From Corallochytrium limacisporum Hawaii (Eukaryota; Protista; Pluriformea), in the NCBI GenBank assembly GCA_002811645.1, contig PDIP01000037.1:7345-71344 (forward strand): a stretch of 64,000 nucleotides of DNA, in the 5' to 3' direction. The notes beneath the pieces are model-generated. The model was not told where the DNA came from and ran no database searches. It saw nothing but the letters and a program-made list of their open reading frames with translations. This document shows, piece after piece, positions 52,177-62,044 of the stretch. Position numbers and translations under genes: made by a program. Each line of letters begins with the position of its first letter. The stretch's first letter is position 1.

Positions 52177-53478
52177 ATGTCTTCTTACTCCGAAGACGAC
52201 TACGATGACGTCTACGGTGAAAGCAACGGCACAAAGCGCAATGCCGCGGACCATGATCAGGAAATAAAGCCAGCAAAGCGCAGGAAAGGTGGCAAGCGCA
52301 GTGCGTCAGGCATGAATGCCGTATTCTGTCTCTGCAGGCAGGCCGAGGACAGTAATCGCACGTATGTGGCCTGTGACAAATGCAATGGTTGGTTTCACGT
52401 AGAATGCGTAGGTTTACAAGAAGCAGCTGCAGAGAAAGCCATCGCTTGGTACTGTCCCGGATGCATGCAGAGTGATGCGACCCTGCGGATAGCCTTTGAG
52501 CGAACCGCGGAGACATGTGCCCACTCGGGATGTAACCGTCGGGTACGGCAGCAAAGCAAGTACTGCAGTGTTGGATGTGCTGCCCATGTTGCATATATGC
52601 GATTGTTGGCGGGCACAGATAGCAAGGTGCAGGAGGAGAGGGTTCGAGATCGCGAAAAGGGTGGCGAAGAAGAGAAGGATGAGCTGGGGCAGAAGGAGCA
52701 GACGACAGCCGCTCGTGAGGAAAGGCTGGCCGCCACTGATCGTTACGACTGGGATTTGCTGCAATGCATGATCAAGCTTGCGGCTCGCCAGGCCGTATTG
52801 AAGGACAAAGCACGGGTGTACTTAAATCGTAGTCGCGAACGCATTGTGCCGGAGTCAAATGAGGAAGGCAGAACAGCGTCCTCCGCACCAACGAATGAGG
52901 CAAAGCTTTCAACGGAAGCACTTCCGGTCAAGCGCCGAAGCGCAAAACTTACACCCAAATTACTCACCGCAGTAACCGTCGACTGCAGCGTATGTGGTTT
53001 GGCTTTTGCTCGTGCCAAATACTCTGCGCATGTGTTCAATTGCTGGCTCAAATTGGAGAAGAAGAAAGACGTACCTTCCATTGCTTTTGACGAAGAGGAC
53101 GACCACGGCGTGGCTTGCCTGAAGCCCACAAAGAACAGTGACGGTATGTGCTACAGATTGCAGGCTTTGTGTGCCAAGCATAACTCTCTGATCAAGGCCG
53201 GAGTCAGTAACCGGGGGGTGGACGGGAGTGATGCCTCGACAGCCGGAGACCGCTGCGGACAGCCGCTGGAGGGGGCAACATCGCAATGCGGGACGAGGAT
53301 CGGTGACTGTCCCCGCCACCATTCGTGTTGGGGTCACGTCCAGGCCGGGTTCCAACAACTCGGAGCCCGTCGTTGTCTCATGCAAAAGGCTGACGTTGGA
53401 GCGCGGATGACCAAAGTCGAACGCAGTCTGTACAATAGGAATCCATTGCTGAACAAAGTGGTGAATTCAAGAAGGTGA
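52177..53478 (+). CDS. CXXC1: COMPASS PHD-finger subunit, Cfp1/CXXC1/Spp1-like
   Basis: PHD 'FCLCRQ...VACDKCNGWFHVECVG...WYCPGC'; 'C..SGC...SKYCSVGC'; C-terminal Cys/His clusters like the Cfp1 C-terminal zinc region. Confidence 0.78.
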   Translation: MSSYSEDDYDDVYGESNGTKRNAADHDQEIKPAKRRKGGKRSASGMNAVFCLCRQAEDSNRTYVACDKCNGWFHVECVGLQEAAAEKAIAWYCPGCMQSDATLRIAFERTAETCAHSGCNRRVRQQSKYCSVGCAAHVAYMRLLAGTDSKVQEERVRDREKGGEEEKDELGQKEQTTAAREERLAATDRYDWDLLQCMIKLAARQAVLKDKARVYLNRSRERIVPESNEEGRTASSAPTNEAKLSTEALPVKRRSAKLTPKLLTAVTVDCSVCGLAFARAKYSAHVFNCWLKLEKKKDVPSIAFDEEDDHGVACLKPTKNSDGMCYRLQALCAKHNSLIKAGVSNRGVDGSDASTAGDRCGQPLEGATSQCGTRIGDCPRHHSCWGHVQAGFQQLGARRCLMQKADVGARMTKVERSLYNRNPLLNKVVNSRR

Positions 53479-53628
53479 GCATGTGATTGGATGTTCCAAC
53501 GATACGATTTTGCCCTTTCGTAGAACGGCCATAAACATTGAATATCTGTTCTTGAGCGGTAGAAAATCCTTAGTATCTAAATCAGTAATTCAAGCAACTC
53601 TATTAGTCTTAAATGAAGGATCTCCATC

Positions 53629-54435
53629 TCAGTCCTGCAATACTCCGACAAAGTTAGTGAGGTCAGTGAGTTGCCTCATACCAAAGGCAACGTTGGTCTG
53701 CAGTGGCACTCCCTTTGGCACCACAGCGCTGCCATCATCTAGCACTTCCCATCCTTGCTCCCTCACAGTGGCTATAACTGACTCTGGCGGCAAGCCCAAT
53801 CGTTCCGCTAGAGACTGTACAGTAATCACAGCGTAGGCCTGACGGGTAGTGCGGATGACCTGTGCGACAATAGCATCGAGTAAGGCCGATGCATGCGGTC
53901 GCAATGCTTCTGACCAAGACGACGCTGCCAGTGACTGAGCGGCAGCTGATCCATTTGCTCCTGGAGCGCCCAGCATCAGACTTGCGTCCGAGTACCTGCA
54001 CTGCCACAACGCCTTTCCTACCTGCCAGACCTGCCACGGCCGACTGCCCTCCGATCGGTATTGTTCCGGTATCCGTTCCCAAAGAAACTTTGCCTGCGGT
54101 AGTTTGAACAGAATCAGAAGAGCAAACAGATAGGTGGCATAGTGTGTTTCATCCAGGCGATTCTTCTCACTTGGGCCTGCCAATTCGAGCTGCAGTGCAC
54201 TGGTCACTACCGTTTCATAGTCTCTCGATTCCACAGCCATGCGAAAGACATCCCAGCTCGGTTCGAGTTTTATTGGTGGTTGAATCGGGTCGTCACAAAT
54301 GGATCCAATACTGATCTTTTTGTGAGGGTTATTGCCACCACCACTGCTACTATTGCTACTTCTACCGCCGTATGAAGCTGTTGTCTGCTGTTGCGATTGC
54401 TGCTGATCACTATCCTGCTGCTGGCGGGCCTCCAT
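53629..54435 (-). CDS. COPS8: COP9 signalosome subunit 8-like (PCI domain)
   Basis: 'AKFLWERIP', 'WQVGKALWQ..Y', 'AYAVITV', 'EQGW', 'QLTDLTNFVGVL'. Confidence 0.85.
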   Translation of the reverse strand: MEARQQQDSDQQQSQQQTTASYGGRSSNSSSGGGNNPHKKISIGSICDDPIQPPIKLEPSWDVFRMAVESRDYETVVTSALQLELAGPSEKNRLDETHYATYLFALLILFKLPQAKFLWERIPEQYRSEGSRPWQVWQVGKALWQCRYSDASLMLGAPGANGSAAAQSLAASSWSEALRPHASALLDAIVAQVIRTTRQAYAVITVQSLAERLGLPPESVIATVREQGWEVLDDGSAVVPKGVPLQTNVAFGMRQLTDLTNFVGVLQD

Positions 54436-55241
54436 TTTGTTCTGCTTCTTTCCTGTGGCTACAATATCGAGGCCCGCCGAACCTTTCCGCTTGCCGTTCT
54501 GAATGGTTACTGCAGGGATTTTCAACCCGACTGTCTTTAAGTGCAACACTTAAAAGAAGTCCTTCGAACTGGCTGTGGTTTCGCTTTGCTGGTTTCCTTA
54601 CACCCGTGCCCGCGAGCGGATCTCCATACAGGGTCAGATGAACTCAAGTTGTTCGCCAAGCTTGTTCCATCTAGCGGTCCAGATACCACCGGGACACATT
54701 TCCATTCCTTAAGTATGTCATCATCACACATACAAGCGTCCTTCGAAATTGGTTGACAGTCAGTGGGCCAAACTGCAGGAGCACACTCCTCACCGCCAAC
54801 GGATTTGTGTGTTTTCTCATTTGGAGCCAAACGCACTGTTGGCCCCCGCTCGGAGGGCGACCAAATTGCAGGCCGAGCACTCCGTCTCCGCAGGGGTTTT
54901 CCGCAGGAGACAGAATTGGGCTCCGATTTTGGGGCCCGGGGTGTGTTCTGCTGGCACACACACCTCCCCTCCCGGCGGGAGGGGGGGGGTTGTCTCTTCC
55001 CTCTGTGTGTGTGGCTCCCCCGCTGTGTCTGCCTTTCCTTTCCGTTGTTTTGCCGAAAACAGTGAAAGGCAGCAAGTTTGGTGTTCGGTGCCGTTCGTCC
55101 CTACCCCCCAAGACACCGCTGCAGGAGGGATGTGAGCTGATGGTATGGTATTTCATAATGATTCGATATGTTTTCTGTGATCAACGTGTATCGCACGCTC
55201 ACACACTTTACATATCCACAGACGACCACGAAACAGAAGGC

Positions 55242-55490
55242 ATGGTCAACGTTGACGAAGAAGTCGAGCTCCTGAAGCGGGAGATGAAGCGGTTGGGCGA
55301 GAAGAACGCCGAGGGTCAATATGTGGTCCCGTTTGGTGTCCTCTTTGCAGATGATAAGTGTGCCAATATCTTTGAGGCTATAGTCGGCACTCTTAGGGCT
55401 GCCAAGAAGCGCAAGATTGTCGACTTTGAGGGCGAGATGTTGTTCCAGGGAACCCACGACAAGGTACCAATCACACTTCTTCAGGAGTAG
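55242..55490 (+). CDS. ABRACL: Costars-family protein (ABRA C-terminal-like)
   Basis: MVNVDEEVELL...VPFGVLFADDKCANIFEAIVGTLRAAKKRKIVDFEGEMLFQG.HD. Confidence 0.95.
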   Translation: MVNVDEEVELLKREMKRLGEKNAEGQYVVPFGVLFADDKCANIFEAIVGTLRAAKKRKIVDFEGEMLFQGTHDKVPITLLQE

Positions 55491-56067
55491 GACTACAAGG
55501 CATCATCATCATCGACCCCGAAACTAGTATGAATACATCGTCACTAATTACAAAATTCATTTATGTCTCTGTGTCTACAACAGGTTCTGGCAACGTTTGG
55601 GGAGTGGTCACCTCAACCCAGATGCTTTGCATATTGAAACCTGCTTATGTGCCATGGATGCGTTCCCCGCTTGTTGGCCCCTTCCTCTCTCACCCCAAGC
55701 GCTCCGATTATTCTTTCTCTGTTCCGGGCCCAAAGTCGGGCCCAATTTATTGATTAGATCGAAGCCAGAGACTGTGGCACACTCCCCGGTTGGAGGCTTC
55801 AGCGTATACACCCTATGTTTTTTCGCGCGCGCTTTAGCCTTCCGCACCATGGGGGAGGGGAGAGTACCCGTTCGAAGAAGTTGCGGGGAAGCCCTGAAGG
55901 ACCTGATTTGTTTCTGTGCTTGTTCCCTTATGCTCCTTTCCTTCTACTGTGGTTCTTTCTTTTCTGGTCCATCAACTTCCTATGATTTGGGTGTTTCAGA
56001 ATGTAATGTTAAGAAAACAGGGTCCATTTCATGCTGATGGTTTGGTGGATCGAGATATGGGAAATAC

Positions 56068-56556
56068 ATGTATGCCATGCCGGCCAAAAAGAAGAACGCG
56101 GCCGATGCCGAACAGAAGGAACATGATGACAAGCCGTTAGAGAATGTGGAAGGACCGACAGGTGACGAGGGTCCCAAGAAAAAGAAGCAGAAGACCTCAA
56201 AAGGAGGCGACTCCGGGAAGGAAACCGTCGACCACATCCCCGTGGCACGAATCAAGCGAATTGTAAAGCAAGACCCAGAGGCTGGCAAGATCGGACAGGA
56301 GGCAGCGGTGGCAGTAGGGGCTGCGACGGAACTATTCTTGGAATATTTCTGTAAGTGTGCCCTGCGGCCGTTGCTGAAGAGCAACCGAAAGACTCTGAAC
56401 TACTCAGACTGTGCGCAGACTGTGGCAAATCAGGAAGTGTTTGAGTTCCTCTCGGACGCAATTCCGCATCAGATTGTGCACCGCCCTAAGAAACCAGAAG
56501 TAGTGGCTAACGAAAAGAAAGGATCAGGGGAAGAAACAGCAGCCACGGAGGCCTGA
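56068..56556 (+). CDS. Histone-fold protein, POLE4/Dpb3/CHRAC1-like
   Basis: 'IPVARIKRIVKQDP...EA...ATELF...RKTLNYSD...FEFLSDAIP'. Alternative start at 56077. Confidence 0.85.
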   Translation: MYAMPAKKKNAADAEQKEHDDKPLENVEGPTGDEGPKKKKQKTSKGGDSGKETVDHIPVARIKRIVKQDPEAGKIGQEAAVAVGAATELFLEYFCKCALRPLLKSNRKTLNYSDCAQTVANQEVFEFLSDAIPHQIVHRPKKPEVVANEKKGSGEETAATEA

Positions 56557-56679
56557 TTGATGGTTTAGCAACCTATCGTCAACTCGAGCAATGAATTAAC
56601 TTATAAGAATTTATGCACCGAAATCGTCAGGGAAGCGAAATCTGATCTATACCTGAGCGAAAATTTAGGGTTATCTTTC

Positions 56680-57960
56680 TCACTGTTTCTTATTTCCACG
56701 TTTGTTCCTTCCACCCTTGCTCTTCTTTGTCATCATGACACCCTTATTGTGCGCATCCAAGGCCCGACTCTCCGGCGAGTCAATGTCGGTGGTGAAAAGC
56801 ACCGCCACGGCTCTCCCGGACCGCGACTGCAGAATGGAAAGAATTTTGCCAGAGCATTCCGCACTGAGAAACATGAACTGCGGATCAATGGTTGTGGGTG
56901 CTGATCTTAGGACTGACGGCTGTGGAGGTGCTTGATTCCCCTCATCGTCGACTGCACAATGGGTGTCCGACGCCGATGTTACATCACCACAGAGCCAGTT
57001 CCGCAATGCCGTGACCCACTCCTGCCAATTGCTGCAGTGGCTGGATGCGGTGTTATCTCTTAGTCGGAAAGTGTCAGTCACGGCCAGCGGGCATCGATGG
57101 TGAGCGAGGACTTCAAAAAGCGCGCACAATTCGTCGTTACTCAGATGATTCCCGAAGGGATCGAGCAATTCAAACCCTGCAAGTGGACAGTGCGCCGAAA
57201 GACCACCCCCAAATATTTCATCTACAAGTGTCTGTTGTTCTCACCTTCTTCCGCTCTCTGAAGCTTTCTTCGGTTTCTCCAAAATTTGGTTCCGGCCGTG
57301 GCCTCATGTCCGCTCTGCCGTATGGCGCCCTGCTGCCTCCCACGCATCGGAGACTCCGGCCTTGGCACCTTCGCCCTAGATGCCGGAGAGGCCGAGTTCG
57401 GTGGCATTGTGAATGTTGTGAATTTCGCAGTGTGTGGGCCGATTGGGGCTGGATCTGTCTTTGAGGCCGTAACCGAGGGCTGAATATCGGGTTCCCACGG
57501 CCTTCGCTGGCATTCACGTTCCGGCGCCCATAAGCCGGCCAGGACCACCTCCTCCGATCATGGAACTCACAGTGCTGACGAAGGATAGTGCAAGCAGCAT
57601 TGCTGCAGAACGGCTGCTACCAAGGCGCACTCTTTGTTGGGAACTGTCGAGCTACGGAGCAATTGGTCTCGGAGCAGTTACGCGATTACTACCGTGAGCA
57701 ATGGGTGCATTGTCAACTGACTCCTTTGGTCTGCTGAGCTGCGTATTTCTATTGTGCTTGTCACAGAATTCAACGTTGTTGCTGTTGGCAGTTTCTGCTC
57801 CCGATCTGTTTGAATCAGTGCTGTTGGTTCTGTCTGCCTCAGCTATCGGTTGGTGTCTTTTACTGATTTTTTTCAGGGATCTTAGACTTCTGTGATCTGC
57901 AGCTAAGGCAAATATACTTCGTTGGAAATGACCAGGTACGTGCAGTGCGATCACATCCAT
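56680..57960 (-). pseudogene. Fragmented or unresolved coding locus (several consecutive minus-strand ORFs in different frames)
   Basis: ORFs 57960-57652, 57548-57222/57517-57218 and ~57240-56680. The last looks protein-like but has no nearby ATG. Positioned between the RIOK2 divergent promoter and the histone-fold gene 3' end. Confidence 0.3.
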
Positions 57961-58625
57961 TGACTGCGGTGTCTTGCTCCACAGTACGATGCCAAAAATG
58001 TCAATGCAGTCTGCTTGGGTCTATTTGATGCTACCCTGGAGAGACCCGCAGTTGGCTCTTCTCGGACTTGCCTACGACCGCCGTCCGTACGCTTCCCACT
58101 CTTTCCAGCCCCTCAACTGGTAAACCGGGGCCTATTTACAATCCCCTCAACCCTCTCCTACTGACCCGCGTGACCAGAAGGAGACCAAGGGACGGGTCGG
58201 ATCCGTGAGGGGTCCCCCACCAACCAACCCGCCTTATACAACTGCATACTCACCCCCCCGGGGGTGGGGGGGGGGGGGGGCGGGGGGGCCGTTGGAGGGT
58301 ACGTGGTACCCGGCTCACATTGTGGCGAAGCGCATATGAGAGGAACGCAAGACTCCACTCAATGTATTCTGTGGAAATTTCGGCATTCACTAGCGCAAAT
58401 GGGATGATCTTGAAGGTTGTTGAAGCCGAATAAAGCTGACTATGAGCGCAGTGACTCAAGGGGAAACGATAAGGTCGATAGCATTTAATCAACGTACAGG
58501 TTCAGAGATCATATGTGCGTATGTAGGAGGGAGTAAGCATTTTAGTCGATAAAAGGCTTAGGAATCTATTGTTTGCGGGCTCGTACATTTCCAGACGCTT
58601 TCATATAGATAATTACTGTATAAAC

Positions 58626-60209
58626 ATGGTGCGGTTGGACCTCAAGTACCTCCGCTACATGCCGGCAGAGGAATTCCGCACCCTCACCGGTGTCGAGATG
58701 GGGATGCGTAATCATGAATTAGTGCCTGTCCAGCTTATTGCAAGTATTGCAAGCGTCAAAGCTGACCGTGTTAGTTCCATTCTGCGGGGTTTGGTCGAAA
58801 AGAAGTTGGTGGTGCGGGAGAACAAACACTACGAAGGGTTTCGTCTCACTTACCTGGGTTACGATTACTTGGCTCTAAAGACAATGACCAAGCGCGGAAC
58901 CATTGCCAGTGTGGGCAATCAGATCGGTGTCGGAAAAGAGTCTGATGTCTACGTCTGTGCTGATCAGGATGGAAACCAAATGATTCTTAAATTGCATCGC
59001 CTGGGCCGGACTTCCTTCCGGAATATTAAGAAGAGCCGCGATTACCTAAAGGGCCGGCACACCACGACATGGATCTACCTCAGTCGACTGGCTGCCATGA
59101 AGGAGTACGCGTACATGAAGGCACTCTATGATCGGGGCTTCCCTGTGCCTATTCCGCATGATTTCAGTAGGCATGCAATTGTCATGGAGTACGTGACTGG
59201 TCATCCAATGTGCCAAGTCAGTGAAATAGCCAACCCGGGTGAAGTCTATGATAAACTTATTTGTATGCTTCTGGATCTAGCCAAGGTAGGGCTAATTCAT
59301 TGCGATTTCAATGAGTTTAACATTATCCTTAAAGACGATGGCACTCCAGTCATGATTGATTTCCCACAGATGGTGAGCACTTCGCACAGAAATGCTAAAA
59401 TGTACTTTGACCGTGATGCCGGTTGTATCCGTGACTGGTTCGAACGGAAATACGACTTTGTTGCAGAGTCAGTGCCGTCTTTTACGGCGGATGTCGCACG
59501 GGAGGGTTACCTCGACCAGGAGATTAATGCGTCCGGCTACGATGCCAAGATGGAGGGTGACCTACAGCGCTTTCTGGATGGACAGCGGGCGGAAGAAGAA
59601 GAGCAAGATGTTGAAGACCAACATGAGCTGGACAAATTTCGCGGTGACCCTGACTCGGAATTGGAAGACGACCATGATATCGAAGATGACAGGCAAGAAG
59701 ACCAGGATGTTGGCGAAGAAGCTAAAATACAGGCTGTGATTGAAGAACCCGAAAGAGCTACAGCAGCAGCACGGGAGCCTGACGACAAACTGGCTGCCGT
59801 GCTGGACGAATTGGAATTGGAGAACGGTGATACCAGGGTAGGCAGCGACAATGAGGGAATGGAGAAGAGTAGTGACACTCTGGAACCTTACTTTGACCTG
59901 GATAAGCGGCTTGCGGAGCCCACCAATCGCGAACATCGTGTACATGGTGATAATCATGCACTCTACGGTTCTGTCGCGAACGACGAGTCGACGACGTCCA
60001 CTCAACGCCAGCGGAACCCATCGTTGGCCAGCACGGCCACCCATCTCTCCTCCATTCGCACTCGCACTGCCGAGGAAGTAAAAGAAATTTCTCGCCGCAA
60101 CGTTGCTCGACAGCACGCTCGCGAACAGTTAAAGAAAGCCATGAAGCAGAAAAACAAGGGAAGGAAACATGCCGGCCATGCTGCCAAGCTGGATCCGGAC
60201 TGGGACTAG
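58626..60209 (+). CDS. RIOK2: Serine/threonine kinase RIO2
   Basis: 'GVEMGMRNHELVP', 'GFRLTYLGYDYLAL', 'IGVGKESD', 'HRLGRTSFR', 'IHCDFNEFN', 'IDFPQMVS'. Confidence 0.97.
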   Translation: MVRLDLKYLRYMPAEEFRTLTGVEMGMRNHELVPVQLIASIASVKADRVSSILRGLVEKKLVVRENKHYEGFRLTYLGYDYLALKTMTKRGTIASVGNQIGVGKESDVYVCADQDGNQMILKLHRLGRTSFRNIKKSRDYLKGRHTTTWIYLSRLAAMKEYAYMKALYDRGFPVPIPHDFSRHAIVMEYVTGHPMCQVSEIANPGEVYDKLICMLLDLAKVGLIHCDFNEFNIILKDDGTPVMIDFPQMVSTSHRNAKMYFDRDAGCIRDWFERKYDFVAESVPSFTADVAREGYLDQEINASGYDAKMEGDLQRFLDGQRAEEEEQDVEDQHELDKFRGDPDSELEDDHDIEDDRQEDQDVGEEAKIQAVIEEPERATAAAREPDDKLAAVLDELELENGDTRVGSDNEGMEKSSDTLEPYFDLDKRLAEPTNREHRVHGDNHALYGSVANDESTTSTQRQRNPSLASTATHLSSIRTRTAEEVKEISRRNVARQHAREQLKKAMKQKNKGRKHAGHAAKLDPDWD

Positions 60210-60316
60210 TTTTGTATGAAATAGAAGACTGCATTCAATAAAGAGTAGAAAACAACTGTTGGTGTCTATCAAGAGTTATACTGACAAACAGCTCATGTTC
60301 GTCGTAAGAAAGAGAA

Positions 60317-62044
60317 TTAAAGATTCGATTGACGCGGATCCATCAGTGCCAGCCGCTCCTTGAGCATGACACTTAGACTGTGGATTTCGTTAGGATGAGG
60401 CCCTGCCTCGTAGCTCTCCTTGACTATGAGCCACAGTCCTTCTGCCTCGCCGTAGACCTCGCCACTTTCGGGATCGTCGGCGATTGATCGGATGTACAGT
60501 TTCCGTCCGTCTCTGTGTTCTAGGCGAGCACGAAACTGCACGCACCGATGCAGTGGAACTGCCTTGAAGTACCGAACCGTCAAGTACGCTGTCAGTGTCT
60601 GGTAGCCCAGAATCCACTGAATGCCAGACATGGTCGTGTCAAAAGTAGTGTAAATGGAGCCACCATGGGCAATGCCATTGACACTCTCAGCGTAGCGCGT
60701 GAATACCACCGCAGAATGGACGTGGGGATCATCTGTGGCACGGGAGTGGAACTGGCGACAGACAACCTTGGGGTGGTAGTCAATATACGCCTCGGTGCCC
60801 AAACCAAGAGCCGGACGCATTCCGGGCTCCAGATCACGGTCGAAGTGAATTAAAGCCGGGTCTTGCGTCAGAGCCTTGAGGAAGGGTACGGTTTCCGGAT
60901 TTGGGCGGTAGCGCTCGTGCAACTTTGGACCGCCCATAATCCACTTCTTCCCAGGGTCTCCATTGGCCAGATCATGTACCGTCCGAGGATCTCCGTGTTT
61001 CCACGCTTGGCGGAAATCTTCGTCAGCGTCCATGTGAGACATGAGCCAGGATTCACGTTCTTGTCCGTAGAGCGCAGCTAGTACAGGAGTGTAAACCTTG
61101 AGCTTGCCAAAATTACCACCGCGCAGCTTCTGAGGCACACGGTAGGTCATTGTCCCGCGTGCGTGCAAAATATACGGCTTTGAAGCCCGGTCAGGACCAG
61201 TGTTTGGACCTATTATCTCGACTTCGGCCCTCACCGTGGCCGCACCAATGAAGGTTGCACGACTGCGCGCGAGGTAGAGACTAAAGGCCTTCACGGGAGC
61301 CTTGTACTCTACGCGCATCTCCTGGGTCATTACAGCACCCCGCCAGTGAGCGATCTCACCGCCGCCAAGGGTATCGATCACAGTTCCCACCAATCCGCCG
61401 TGGCCCGTGTGAGGTGCACCCTCCGAGGCAAAGCTCATGAATACAGGTGTGATTGAGGGCCACCCACGTATGAGAGGTGACTGGTCGCTGTCGTCGACCA
61501 CCCCATCCCGGTTAATACTAATTCCGCGTTCCTTGCGCTTCTCGTCCACGCGCTGACTCATCCACGGCGCGGTCTGAGCGAAGCTGCCGGCCTCGGATGG
61601 ATCTTCGAAGTTCTTTGGGTTGGGCTTCCAGCGTAGATTCCAATGAGTACTCAAACCACACTCAGCCATTGGTCGCCAAAAGAGGTAGTCATGACCCTTC
61701 CATACTGTCCGGTAAGGTCGTTCTTCCGAGAATCCCAAAGAGATTGGCCAGTACGCCATGCGCATTAGGTCCTTTTCGATCTCTCCCCACCAAGGATAGT
61801 CCGCCTTACGAATCCCTTCCAGACACTTGGCTGCCTCAGACAGTCCATCACGTGCAATGTTCTCTCCGTAACCGTCCCAGTGGAAACACTTGGACTGTTC
61901 CTGCTCGTCACACTCTCTGCGGTGCTTCTGGTCTGCTGCGTTCACCATTGCAGGGATTAATTCAGGAGAGATGCCCTTCGCCATGATGTACATATTCAAT
62001 ATGTCCCGAACATCTTGTGGCAATTCCAAGTCACTTTTTGTCAT
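60317..62044 (-). CDS. Tandem hotdog-fold acyl-CoA thioesterase (THEM4/PaaI-like)
   Basis: Two HGG motifs ('GAPHTGHGG...D', 'SVNGIAHGG...D'), each followed by strands 'MRVEYKAPV' / 'LTVRYFKAVP', plus 'DGRKLYI' and 'AEGLW'. Confidence 0.8.
   Translation of the reverse strand: MTKSDLELPQDVRDILNMYIMAKGISPELIPAMVNAADQKHRRECDEQEQSKCFHWDGYGENIARDGLSEAAKCLEGIRKADYPWWGEIEKDLMRMAYWPISLGFSEERPYRTVWKGHDYLFWRPMAECGLSTHWNLRWKPNPKNFEDPSEAGSFAQTAPWMSQRVDEKRKERGISINRDGVVDDSDQSPLIRGWPSITPVFMSFASEGAPHTGHGGLVGTVIDTLGGGEIAHWRGAVMTQEMRVEYKAPVKAFSLYLARSRATFIGAATVRAEVEIIGPNTGPDRASKPYILHARGTMTYRVPQKLRGGNFGKLKVYTPVLAALYGQERESWLMSHMDADEDFRQAWKHGDPRTVHDLANGDPGKKWIMGGPKLHERYRPNPETVPFLKALTQDPALIHFDRDLEPGMRPALGLGTEAYIDYHPKVVCRQFHSRATDDPHVHSAVVFTRYAESVNGIAHGGSIYTTFDTTMSGIQWILGYQTLTAYLTVRYFKAVPLHRCVQFRARLEHRDGRKLYIRSIADDPESGEVYGEAEGLWLIVKESYEAGPHPNEIHSLSVMLKERLALMDPRQSNL

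Noticed and set aside
54632-54730. Minus-strand TGATGA...CTGA pair resembling a box C/D snoRNA
   Set aside because: No terminal stem or convincing rRNA complementarity; lies in the presumed COPS8 leader.
55143-55221. Possible 79-nt 5' intron (GTATGG...GCTCAC...CACAG) before ABRACL
   Set aside because: Not needed for the ORF, and splicing would put the preceding ATG out of frame; unsupported without RNA data.
52177-56556. Apparent clustering of nuclear/chromatin genes (Cfp1-like, COPS8, histone-fold)
   Set aside because: They belong to different complexes with separate promoters; expected by chance in a compact genome.
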